NCBI GenBank assembly: GCA_017499595.2
Contig: CM038998.1
Location: 2,914,001-2,978,000 of the forward strand
Source: Psilocybe cubensis
Lineage: Eukaryota
DNA: 64,000 nt
Direction: 5' to 3'
Below, piece by piece: positions 12,033-21,000 of the stretch (within the stretch, counting starts at the first letter, position 1; every line of letters starts with the position of its first letter). The notes beneath the pieces are model-generated. The model worked only from the letters and a program-made list of their open reading frames with translations, had not been told where the DNA came from and searched no databases. The position numbers and the translations under genes are program-made.

Positions 12033-13217
12033 ATGCCTCCCGGAAAAAGTAAAGGTCGTTCGGTCTCCCCCCGTCGTGGTCGTGACGGTAGTGATGACGA
12101 CACTGTGTCCCGAATTGACCCTGCCATTATCGCTCTCATTAAGGCTAGCCAGGAATCCAATAAAGAAACTATGAAAGATATTCTCGAACTGTCGCGTATA
12201 CAAGCCGAAACTATGTTCAAATCATTCCTCGCGTTACCCCAACTCCAAACCTCTACCCACTCCTCTGCGACTACCTCTACCGCCCGCTCTGGTGATTCAC
12301 GCGCTTATAAGGTGCCCTTTCCAGGTGCCTTCGACGGCTCCTCTGATACTGTCGAAGACTTGCTGGCCTCATGGCGTAACTTTTTTCACTCCGACCCCGA
12401 AGCATACAAAACCACTGATTCCAAAGTACGCACCGCTCTCAGTTCTTTCAAGACCGGCACGCCCGCTGTCTGGCGTAACCAGCTCATTGAAGAGCTAGAG
12501 TCTGGGCAATGCGTCTTAACCAACTGGTCCGACTTTGAGGAGCGCGTGAAAGACTCCTTCCTGTTCCATTTCTCGCAACAACGCGCGGCACGCGAGATCA
12601 TGTGCATCCGTCAGAACTCCACGCCCACTCAAGAGTTCATTATTATCTTCGAGAACCTTGCCTTTCGCTCCAAGTTTAACGACGAAGCGTTGATCCAATG
12701 CTTCAAAATGGCCTTGGATAAGCGTATTATGGAGGAGATTGGACGAACACACCGTGAGATGCCCACATTCGCGGAATGGAAGAGTGCCGCAATCTTGATG
12801 GCTCACAGACTGCGTGAGACTGATGCCACGGTGACTCCGGTCGTCAACACCACCGCCACCTGGCGTCCTCCCCCTTCTTTCACCTCCACCCCTTCCACTG
12901 TTCAAAAGTCTAGCAACCCCCGCCCCGCTGCTCCTGCCCCCAACGCGACTCTACCTGCAAACATCTCCGCTGCTCCGAATCGACGTGCCGCCCTGCCCTG
13001 CTTTAACTGCGGCGTATTTGGCCACTTCATGCGAGTCTGCCCCAAACCCAAAGATCTCGAATTCCAACGCAAATCACGCGCAAAACTGGAACGAGCTCGG
13101 GCCGTCCTCGAGTGCTTTGATGCTTTGCCTGATGACGACAAGCATGAGATTCGATGCGTTGATGTTGACGAAAGTGCCTTGTTTGATGATTCGGATTTTG
13201 TTTCTTGCGTCGAGTGA
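12033..13217 (+). CDS. gag: Retrotransposon Gag (capsid-like region plus CCHC zinc knuckle)
   Basis: 394-aa ORF from the first ATG of the element. Contains PGAFDG...W...WSDFEERVKDSF...IRQ...FIIIFENL (retrotrans_gag pattern) and the CFNCGVFGHFMRVC knuckle. Confidence 0.95.
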   Translation: MPPGKSKGRSVSPRRGRDGSDDDTVSRIDPAIIALIKASQESNKETMKDILELSRIQAETMFKSFLALPQLQTSTHSSATTSTARSGDSRAYKVPFPGAFDGSSDTVEDLLASWRNFFHSDPEAYKTTDSKVRTALSSFKTGTPAVWRNQLIEELESGQCVLTNWSDFEERVKDSFLFHFSQQRAAREIMCIRQNSTPTQEFIIIFENLAFRSKFNDEALIQCFKMALDKRIMEEIGRTHREMPTFAEWKSAAILMAHRLRETDATVTPVVNTTATWRPPPSFTSTPSTVQKSSNPRPAAPAPNATLPANISAAPNRRAALPCFNCGVFGHFMRVCPKPKDLEFQRKSRAKLERARAVLECFDALPDDDKHEIRCVDVDESALFDDSDFVSCVE

Positions 13218-16200
13218 GTAGTACGTCCTCGCCGCTTCTGTACAACAACCCTGTAATTACTCCCAAATTGCATGTTGCATTGTCTCCAAAATCCGTACCT
13301 CTGCCCGTGTTACCTGTTTACGCGACCCCTCAACCTTCATTATCCAATTCTGTATTGACTCCTGACAAGCCCTCTTCTTCAACAACATCACCCAACTCCG
13401 ACTACCCGACACCAACACTCCTGCCCGCGCACCCACAACCTCCAACTATGGCACCCGATTGCATTCCATATTCAGACCTCTTTTTATCCTGTCCTGAGGA
13501 TGATCCACCAGAGCTGCAAGCCCCAGATGCCTCTGATGATTCGGATGAAGATTCGCCAACCAAGCCTGCTCAACAAACCTCCGCCCACGATGATGCATCT
13601 GTCTCTATGACACACGATGCAAGTCCACCACCGGCCCCACGCGACTCTCTACTTTGCAGCCCGCCCGTCGCTGACCACACAGACTGCCCGCCTTCAATCC
13701 CTACACCTGTCCGCACCGTCCTGTGCAACTTGCGCCGATTACGCAGCACGCCTTGGCGAACCGAGAGCCTGCTCAAATCCTGGGCCCCAAAGGAGCGTTG
13801 GGACGACATTGACGATGATCTGATTGCTGCTCTTTGCGATCTCCCCTGGACCGACGCCGCCAAAGTCCTCCAGCAGCTCAAGAAGCCCCGCGACTACATC
13901 TCCCGCATGGGGAGTAAATGCCTTGACATTCCAATGTCGGCTGCACCCCCAGGCTCGACCTCTTTGGTGTCGCTGAAAGCGCTCTTAGACAGCGGTGCCA
14001 CTGGTTGTTACGTGCACTCCGATTTTGTCAAACTCAATGGATGGGTGACTGAGCGGCTGCCCCACCCCGTTAGCGTTTACAATGCAGACGGAACTCGCAA
14101 TGCCAACGGTGCTATCACAGATGTTGTTTACCTTGTCATCCGCATTGAAAACCATGTTGAGCGACTCCGCCTTTCAGTCACCAACACGGGATCATCTTCC
14201 CTCATCCTCGGGCACTCCTGGCTCTGGTTCCATAATCCGCTTGTTGACTGGCGAGAGGCCAAGCTCTGCTTTGCACGCTGCCCCACGTCCTGTGGTGCTG
14301 ACGTGCTGCCGACTTCGCACCCTGATGGCGAAACCGTGAATGTTTGCCGCGAAGGACCCCAGCTCCGTGAAGACGACATCTTTGATGACAGCCCGGGCCC
14401 CTTCACGCCGGTCTCTGCTGCGGAATGGGCTGACGCCTTTGCTGGTGAACTTGCCGATGGTGAATCGATGTGCGCGGTTGACCTCAATGAGTTCACGTCC
14501 GAACAAGTCCATGGCTCATGCGACCACCGCATTTCTCACTTTTTGCGAACTCAACGTGAAGCAGCTTCATATCCCGACCGCTACCTGAAGGAATTTGCAC
14601 CTGTTTTCTCCAAAGAGGAGTTTGACGAGCTCCCACCCCGTCGCCCATGGGATCATGCTATTAACCTGAAACCAGATGCAAAGTCGTTCAAAGCAAAGCC
14701 GTACCGTCTGTCGCCCGCTGAAACCTCGAAGGTCAAGGAATGGATAGAAGAGGAAAAACGCACTGGCCGTATACGGGACTCCATCTCTCCCTATGCCGCC
14801 CCTTTCTTCTTCATCCAGAAAAAGGATGGCTCACTGCGCCCTGTGCAAGACTACCGACGCCTGAACGATATCACGATCAAGAACCGCTATCCATTGCCGC
14901 TCATCTCTGACCTCATGGACAAGCTTAAAGGCGCGAAAGTATTCACCAAACTTGACGTCCGCTGGGGTTTCAATAACATTCGTATCAGGGAAGGCGATGA
15001 GCACAAGGCTGCCTTTATCACGGAGTTTGGACTTTTTGAGCCTCTTGTAATGTTCTTTGGATTGACAAACTCACCAGCTACCTTCCAGAATATGATGAAC
15101 GATCTGTTCAAGGATCTCATTGCTGGCGGCCATGTCGTGATATATATGGATGACATCCTCATCTTCACTGATGATGTCCAGTCCCATCGACATCTTGTCC
15201 GCAATGTCTTGCAGATTCTGGAGGACAACAAGCTTTATCTGCGGCCAGAAAAGTGCTGTTTTGAGCAGGACCGTGTGGAATACTTGGGCGTCATTGTCGG
15301 CCACGGGAAAATGTCCATGGATCCCAAGAAAGTTGACGCTATCACCTCTTGGCCAATCCCGCGCTGTCGTAAGGACGTCCAACAGTTCCTCGGTTTCGTC
15401 AACTTCTACCGTAGGTTTATCAAGAACTTCTCCCGCATTGCCGCTCCCCTGCATGCCCTGGGTGGTTCGGCGCCTTGGGTATGGGACAATTTGTCAACAT
15501 CCGCCTTCAACGAGCTCAAATCCGCCTGCGCTTCACACCCGGTGCTACTTCTTCCCCGCGACGGTGCCCCATTCCGCATAGAGGCAGACAGCTCTGGATA
15601 CGCAACCGGCGCGGTGCTCAGCCAATTTGTTGACAATTCCTGGCAACCGGTCGCGTTTGCTTCAAAAGCCCTCAGTCCCGTTGAGCGCAACTACGAGATA
15701 CATGACCGCGAACTACTGTCAATCATGAGGTCTCTCGATGACTGGCGACGCTACCTCCACGGCTCCGATTCTCCTGTTGAGATCCACACCGATCACAAGA
15801 ACCTTCAGTATTTCATGACCGCTCAGAAATTGAACCGTCGTCAGGCTCGCTGGTCCCTGCAGCTCGCTGAATTCGATTTCGTACTCGTCCACAAGCCAGG
15901 CCCGACCATGATCTGCGCAGACTCGTTGTCCCGCCGCCCCGACTACGATAAAGGTGTTGGCGACAACGAAAACGTCACCTTACTGCGCCCAGAACACATT
16001 CGACGTACTGCTGAATGCTCAATTGGGGATGACCCCGTCCTGGCTGACATTCGAACTCACCAGCACCAAATCACTGAAATGTGGGAAAAGCACAAGAACC
16101 TGCCTGGCTGGTCCCTCCACGACGGCTTGCTTTCATGGCATAACCGAATCTTTGTGCCAAACAAAGGCAACTTGCGTCAACGAATACTCGCCGACTGTCA

Positions 16201-17458
16201 TGATCACCAATCCGTAGGCCACCCTGGCCGGATGAAGACCATGGAACTCGTCCTGCGCGACTATTGGTGGCCGTCACTATCAAAAGACGCGAAGCGTTAC
16301 GTTGATGGATGCCCCACCTGTCAATCAACTAAGCCTCTGAGGATGGCGCCCGCGGGCCTACTGACCCCCAACGAAATCCCTTCCTCCAATTGGGAGATCA
16401 TTTCCTGTGATCTCATCGTGGACTTACCTAAATCTCGCGGCTTCGATTCGATCTTTGTCGTCGTCGATAGACTCTCAAAAATGGTTCGTATCATCCCATG
16501 CAAAAAGTCAATCACTTCTGAGGGTCTCGCGCGCCTCTTCCGCGACCATGTCTGGAAAGACTTCGGACTGCCACGACGCATCATCTCCGACCGTGGTTCA
16601 ATCTTCCTGTCAAACTTTACTCGGGCCCTCAACGACCTGCTAGGCATTTCACAGAACGCGTCCACCGCATTTCGACCTCAAACAGACGGACAAACTGAGC
16701 GCGTCAATCAAGAAATCGAACAATACCTACGGATCTTTGTGAATAACAGGCAAAATGATTGGGTGGAATGGCTTGCATGCGCCGAATTTGCTATCAACAA
16801 TAAGATTCACTCGTCCACTGGCTTCTCGCCCTTCTTCCTAAACTATGGCTCCAACCCCCGCCGAACCCTGCAACCCGCACGCCTCTCGGACGACCGTGTC
16901 CCCAAAGCTCTTGAATTCGCCTCTCAAATGGATTCCCTCGCGAAGGAATCCGCTTCAGCGCTAAACCTCGCCGCTGATGCAATGAAGCGATCCTATGACA
17001 CCTCTCACCGCGCTCCACCCGTCTTCAATGTTGGCGACATGGTGATGCTCAGCGCCTCCGACATCAAGTCCTCACGTCCGTCTAAAAAGCTCGATGTTAA
17101 GCGTCACGGACCTTTTCCTGTGACGAAACGCGTTGGCATCCAGTCTTACACCCTCGACCTACCGGCCTCGTGGTCGATCCACCCTACTTTCCATGTCTCT
17201 AAACTCTCCCGTTTCATACCAGCAGAATTCGATTCCCAAACTTCACCCGCGACACCAACACCTCCCCCCGCGTTACCACCCCCAGACATTGCAAGTGTGC
17301 TCGGCCACAGGGCCCTGCGCAGTGGAACACAGTTCCTCGTGCTGCTCGATGGCTGCACAGAGGAAGACGCTTCGTGGTCAAGCCACTCATCCTTCCCTAA
17401 CTCTGAAGTACTAAACAATTACATACGCCTCCACAACATCCCGGACGCCCACCTTTAA
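13193..17458 (+). CDS. pol: Retrotransposon Pol polyprotein (protease, RT, RNase H, integrase, degenerate chromodomain), -1 frame relative to gag
   Basis: ALLDSGATG (PR); KKDGSLRPVQDYRRLN, MFFGLTNSPATFQ, YMDDILIF (RT); EADSSGYATGAVL, NYEIHDRELL, TDHKNL (RH); H-x4-GHPG...CPTCQ, ISDRGS, PQTDGQTERVNQEIE, GPF (IN). No internal stops. Confidence 0.98.
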   Translation, partial: GFCFLRRVSSTSSPLLYNNPVITPKLHVALSPKSVPLPVLPVYATPQPSLSNSVLTPDKPSSSTTSPNSDYPTPTLLPAHPQPPTMAPDCIPYSDLFLSCPEDDPPELQAPDASDDSDEDSPTKPAQQTSAHDDASVSMTHDASPPPAPRDSLLCSPPVADHTDCPPSIPTPVRTVLCNLRRLRSTPWRTESLLKSWAPKERWDDIDDDLIAALCDLPWTDAAKVLQQLKKPRDYISRMGSKCLDIPMSAAPPGSTSLVSLKALLDSGATGCYVHSDFVKLNGWVTERLPHPVSVYNADGTRNANGAITDVVYLVIRIENHVERLRLSVTNTGSSSLILGHSWLWFHNPLVDWREAKLCFARCPTSCGADVLPTSHPDGETVNVCREGPQLREDDIFDDSPGPFTPVSAAEWADAFAGELADGESMCAVDLNEFTSEQVHGSCDHRISHFLRTQREAASYPDRYLKEFAPVFSKEEFDELPPRRPWDHAINLKPDAKSFKAKPYRLSPAETSKVKEWIEEEKRTGRIRDSISPYAAPFFFIQKKDGSLRPVQDYRRLNDITIKNRYPLPLISDLMDKLKGAKVFTKLDVRWGFNNIRIREGDEHKAAFITEFGLFEPLVMFFGLTNSPATFQNMMNDLFKDLIAGGHVVIYMDDILIFTDDVQSHRHLVRNVLQILEDNKLYLRPEKCCFEQDRVEYLGVIVGHGKMSMDPKKVDAITSWPIPRCRKDVQQFLGFVNFYRRFIKNFSRIAAPLHALGGSAPWVWDNLSTSAFNELKSACASHPVLLLPRDGAPFRIEADSSGYATGAVLSQFVDNSWQPVAFASKALSPVERNYEIHDRELLSIMRSLDDWRRYLHGSDSPVEIHTDHKNLQYFMTAQKLNRRQARWSLQLAEFDFVLVHKPGPTMICADSLSRRPDYDKGVGDNENVTLLRPEHIRRTAECSIGDDPVLADIRTHQHQITEMWEKHKNLPGWSLHDGLLSWHNRIFVPNKGNLRQRILADCHDHQSVGHPGRMKTMELVLRDYWWPSLSKDAKRYVDGCPTCQSTKPLRMAPAGLLTPNEIPSSNWEIISCDLIVDLPKSRGFDSIFVVVDRLSKMVRIIPCKKSITSEGLARLFRDHVWKDFGLPRRIISDRGSIFLSNFTRALNDLLGISQNASTAFRPQTDGQTERVNQEIEQYLRIFVNNRQNDWVEWLACAEFAINNKIHSSTGFSPFFLNYGSNPRRTLQPARLSDDRVPKALEFASQMDSLAKESASALNLAADAMKRSYDTSHRAPPVFNVGDMVMLSASDIKSSRPSKKLDVKRHGPFPVTKRVGIQSYTLDLPASWSIHPTFHVSKLSRFIPAEFDSQTSPATPTPPPALPPPDIASVLGHRALRSGTQFLVLLDGCTEEDASWSSHSSFPNSEVLNNYIRLHNIPDAHL

Positions 17459-17466
17459 GAGGGGGG
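17457..17466 (+). promoter_or_regulatory. Polypurine tract
   Basis: AAGAGGGGGG, 3 nt before the 3' LTR and overlapping the pol stop codon. Confidence 0.9.
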
Positions 17467-17469
17467 TGA

Positions 17470-17642
17470 TGTTAGAGTTCCCTCTAACGTAGACACACAC
17501 ACGTGCCTGTAGTCACATATCACACAGTATTTGTAGACACACCCGTAGCTACGTAGCCTCAGTTCCTTCTTTGTTAGCACACCCAACACGTTCTGGTCCT
17601 TCGTCTCTCTCTCCCGCCTCGTCTCCGGGTCTCCTCCTAACA
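17470..17642 (+). repeat. 3' LTR (173 bp)
   Basis: Identical to the 5' LTR and followed by the TSD GGATC. Confidence 0.98.
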
Positions 17643-18031
17643 GGATCGGACAACAGGTTCTTACGGTGATTCAAAAGTGACAACTTCATTTGAGGACTGG
17701 AGTAGGTACCAGCTTTAAGACAGTATCAATCATGTCAAATTGTTGTAGTAAACGCCGATCTCGTTATTCACAAAATGTAATCAAAATTGGCTCTTTGTTC
17801 TAAGGGCAATAAATAATATTGTGGAGATGTATGCTTTACCCTGCTTTCCCAGAGTCCAAGCGCCTTCCCCTAATGGTTTACGGAGTCAGTCGGGCCGGTC
17901 AAATGGACAAGACAACGTTTGAAAATGCAAGTTACTTTTGTTCTTGAGCCACGCAAGGTTCACAAGCGTTTTGCAGCTACTTCGATAAAGACCCAAGAGC
18001 TAGTATTTTCCTGGTATAGATTTGTTTCAAG

Positions 18032-21000
18032 ATGCAGGAACACCATAGTGTTCAGGCCAATCCCAGTAAAATACCGAAGTTGCAAGTTCGCATAAACCAA
18101 ATTGATTATGCTGTCATAACTCCAGGGCAACTTGATAACTCCACCCTCCCAAAAGTTCCAGTCCTGAGGATATTCGGTTCTTCCTCAACTGGCCAGAGTG
18201 CATGTGTTCATGTACACCAGGTGTATCCATATATCTTCATTCAATATTTAGATGATCTAAGTCCTCAGCATGGTGAGTGCTTCCCATGTTATGTATTCTC
18301 TTCTGACATTTTTGGTAGTAAAACAGTATATATCTAAATTATTCCGTTCCTTGAATCATGCCATAGCCCTTTCGCTCAAGAGAGACCCTTCGTCACGGAA
18401 ATCCCACTACATTCGAGCCATCTTGCTCGTTAAAGGCATTCATTTCTACGGATTTCATTCCTCATACTCGCCATTCCTCAAAATCTTAGTTTCAGACCCT
18501 GGCCTCATGACACGTGCTGTGACAATCCTGCAATCCGGATCTGTAATGGGTGCACGGTTTACTGTGTACGAGAGCCATCTAAGTTATGTCCTCCAATTCC
18601 TTGCCGACTTCGGTTTATATGGATGCGGTACAATAGATATCGAAGACGCGTTAGAACGCGGAATATCTGAAGATGATCCTCCAACTACGATAAGATTTGG
18701 CGCGTCACCCTACTTTCGAGAAGCCCGTGTTCCACTTGAGCTCGATGTTATTGCTCCCCACATTCTGAACAGGCACAATCTAGTTCCAAGAAACATACAC
18801 CATCAGCTGCAAATATTACCAGTGGCTGAGCCGCCACCGCCTGACCCTCTCATTCCCAGTGTAAGGGAGCTCTGGGAAGACGAAAGAAATCACCGCCGAA
18901 GTCTTGGCCTCAATCCCTCACCGGAGATTCCTGTTGACCCGAGCGACTCGTCGCGGTCAGGAAAAGGTGAATGGATATCGGAAGCCAGGTGGTGGGATGA
19001 GATTCGTAAGAGAATCCTAGAAGGCAAGGATGCCCCCCAACCTACTGAAGCTTTTCATGGTTGGGATGATCGCTTCGTTATGACTACGTTTGAAAGTATC
19101 GAAGCCTTGTGGGAAAAGCAGTATACAACTTGGAAACCACCGAAAAGATCAGCCGACCTACTTTATAAACCTGATGGTCTGGGACAGAATCGCCGAGACC
19201 AGGAGTATAACTTGGAAGACGGTGGATCTGGAGACGACAAGCACATCCAAATTGAAGTTGACATTTCTATGTTTTCGAACGAAGAATTTTATCAGGAAGA
19301 CGAACAAAACTGGAATCCAGAACAACTGAATGGAATCTCTGCGATAATAGACAACGAGGATATAATGGAAGAAAATGAATACGACGAAGTGCCAGACGAC
19401 GGCTCCGACACAATGGAAGAAATTGTCCGCGACGAAAGGTCGACTTTTTGTTTGGCTGCATATACCTTTAGAATTAAGTCTGTATTAGGTCAAACGATCC
19501 ATTTGTGGATGATCGTCCAGGGCAAGAAGGGATAACCGAGTATCGACTGGAGAGGTAACTACAATCCTCTTAATATTAATATGTTTTCATCCTCTGACTG
19601 ATAAAATGGCGGGCAGTCCCAGGCCTCCTCGAGAATCGTCGCCTCAAGCTCTGGCAGAGTCTCCTAGCTTTGTCAAGTAAGCTAAATATCGATTGCTCTT
19701 TCTGAAATAGATCAATCTCACAGAATGTAGCTCGGTACTAGAAGAAAATCTCTCCGTAAAGTACGCAGCGATTTGTTTTGGTGAAAAAATCCTCAAGTTT
19801 TTTACCAGACCTCAGAAATTCACTGAGGAACATGCTTCCCAAAATGAAGGCCTATTACCCGATTCTCTCGAGATTGCTGACCAACTCATAACCACTGTGA
19901 ACTCGAAAGGCTTGCCTGACGAGGATTGGAATCGTGGCATCAAGGGTGTCGACTCACCTAAGGAAATCATCTCTTTGGGTCCCGAAGAAACTTTGCCAGC
20001 AATACCCAGTGCCGAGGAACGATTTCTGTTGATTCATGCTCGAGCTGTCCAACTTTCAAAAATACATGACACATTCAAAAAAGCAAGCACGAATTCATAC
20101 GTTTATTCACTCCAGCCTCCCACATGGTCATATTTGCAGAGTGGTCTGCAGTCCCTCTGCTTGCCTGATAAAGTATATCAAGCTCCTTACTATTCTAACG
20201 ACTTCGATATTCCGGAACATAGTAGGGAATATGCAGGTCTCACTTACCGTCTCAAAGGGGGTCAAGGCATTGCAACACTGGAGGACTGGTCATCAACTGA
20301 ACCTCACAATGAACTTGTTTCAAATGCGGCTTCAGGTCTCGTTGCAGCTGGAGTTGGTGGATGGGAATATGCTAGTCATCCCCCTAGCACAAAGGAAATA
20401 CGGCAATCCATCAAATTGGTTCCTAAATTCATAGGTATTGCAGCTAACTCTAGGTCTCAGGTGAGATAGTAACTCCCTGGAACACGTTTGTTTGTTGGAT
20501 GACCACTTCTTTAATTAGATTGAAGGACCCACTCAAGCCAATATCTTTGGGTTTAAAAACTCTCCACTCGTTACTACATCATTACTACGAAAAAGTTCAG
20601 ATTTGTCGATCATGTCAGTTGAGGTGTTCGGTGAGCCTTTATCATGTACCTCGTATTCGTGCAGGTACTCACATCCATGCAGTTCCTACAGTCGACGATA
20701 AGATACCCAATGCGGATCATGATAAAGTTGTCGCCATTTTCTACTCTTATCACATATCTGGATCAGAAAGTATACAGAATGGTGTGATGGTTCTCCAGAA
20801 TCCTCAGATCAACCCAGCTCGACTTCGTCATGTAAAATACGAGGTTCTGGACACGGAACTCGATCTTCTCAATAAGCTAATAGATCTTGTCATTGAACTT
20901 GATCCAGACATTCTTACGGGGTGGGAGTTACAACTAAGTTCCTGGGGTTATTTACAAATGCGCGCTGATACTTACGGTTAGTTTTCACGCTTGGAATCGT

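Larger units (their letters stand above)
11217..17642 (+). mobile_element. Full-length Ty3/Gypsy LTR retrotransposon (chromovirus, Tf1/sushi-like), 6426 bp
   Basis: Two identical 173-bp LTRs (TG...CA); 5-bp TSD GGATC at 11212-11216 and 17643-17647; gag and pol with PR-RT-RH-IN-chromodomain order; polypurine tract before the 3' LTR. Confidence 0.99.
10175..17680 (+). pseudogene. D-hexose-6-phosphate mutarotase / aldose-1-epimerase family gene (yeast YMR099C-like), disrupted in its last exon by an LTR retrotransposon
   Basis: ATG at 10175; motifs RGGIPIVFPCFG, QHGFAR, FQALLHSY, VVIWNP, YICVEPG. The last exon reads ...RLAPQKTWI up to 11216 and resumes after the element as GQQVLTVIQK* (17648-17680). 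With the insertion, the frame stops at TGT TAG (11217-11222) in the LTR. Confidence 0.92.

Noticed and set aside
11934-12035. Stop-codon readthrough from ORF0 into gag (same frame)
   Set aside because: A second in-frame stop, TAA at 12003-12005, blocks a fusion.
12386-17418. Antisense ORFs within gag and pol
   Set aside because: Short shadow ORFs opposite a coding strand, with no motifs.
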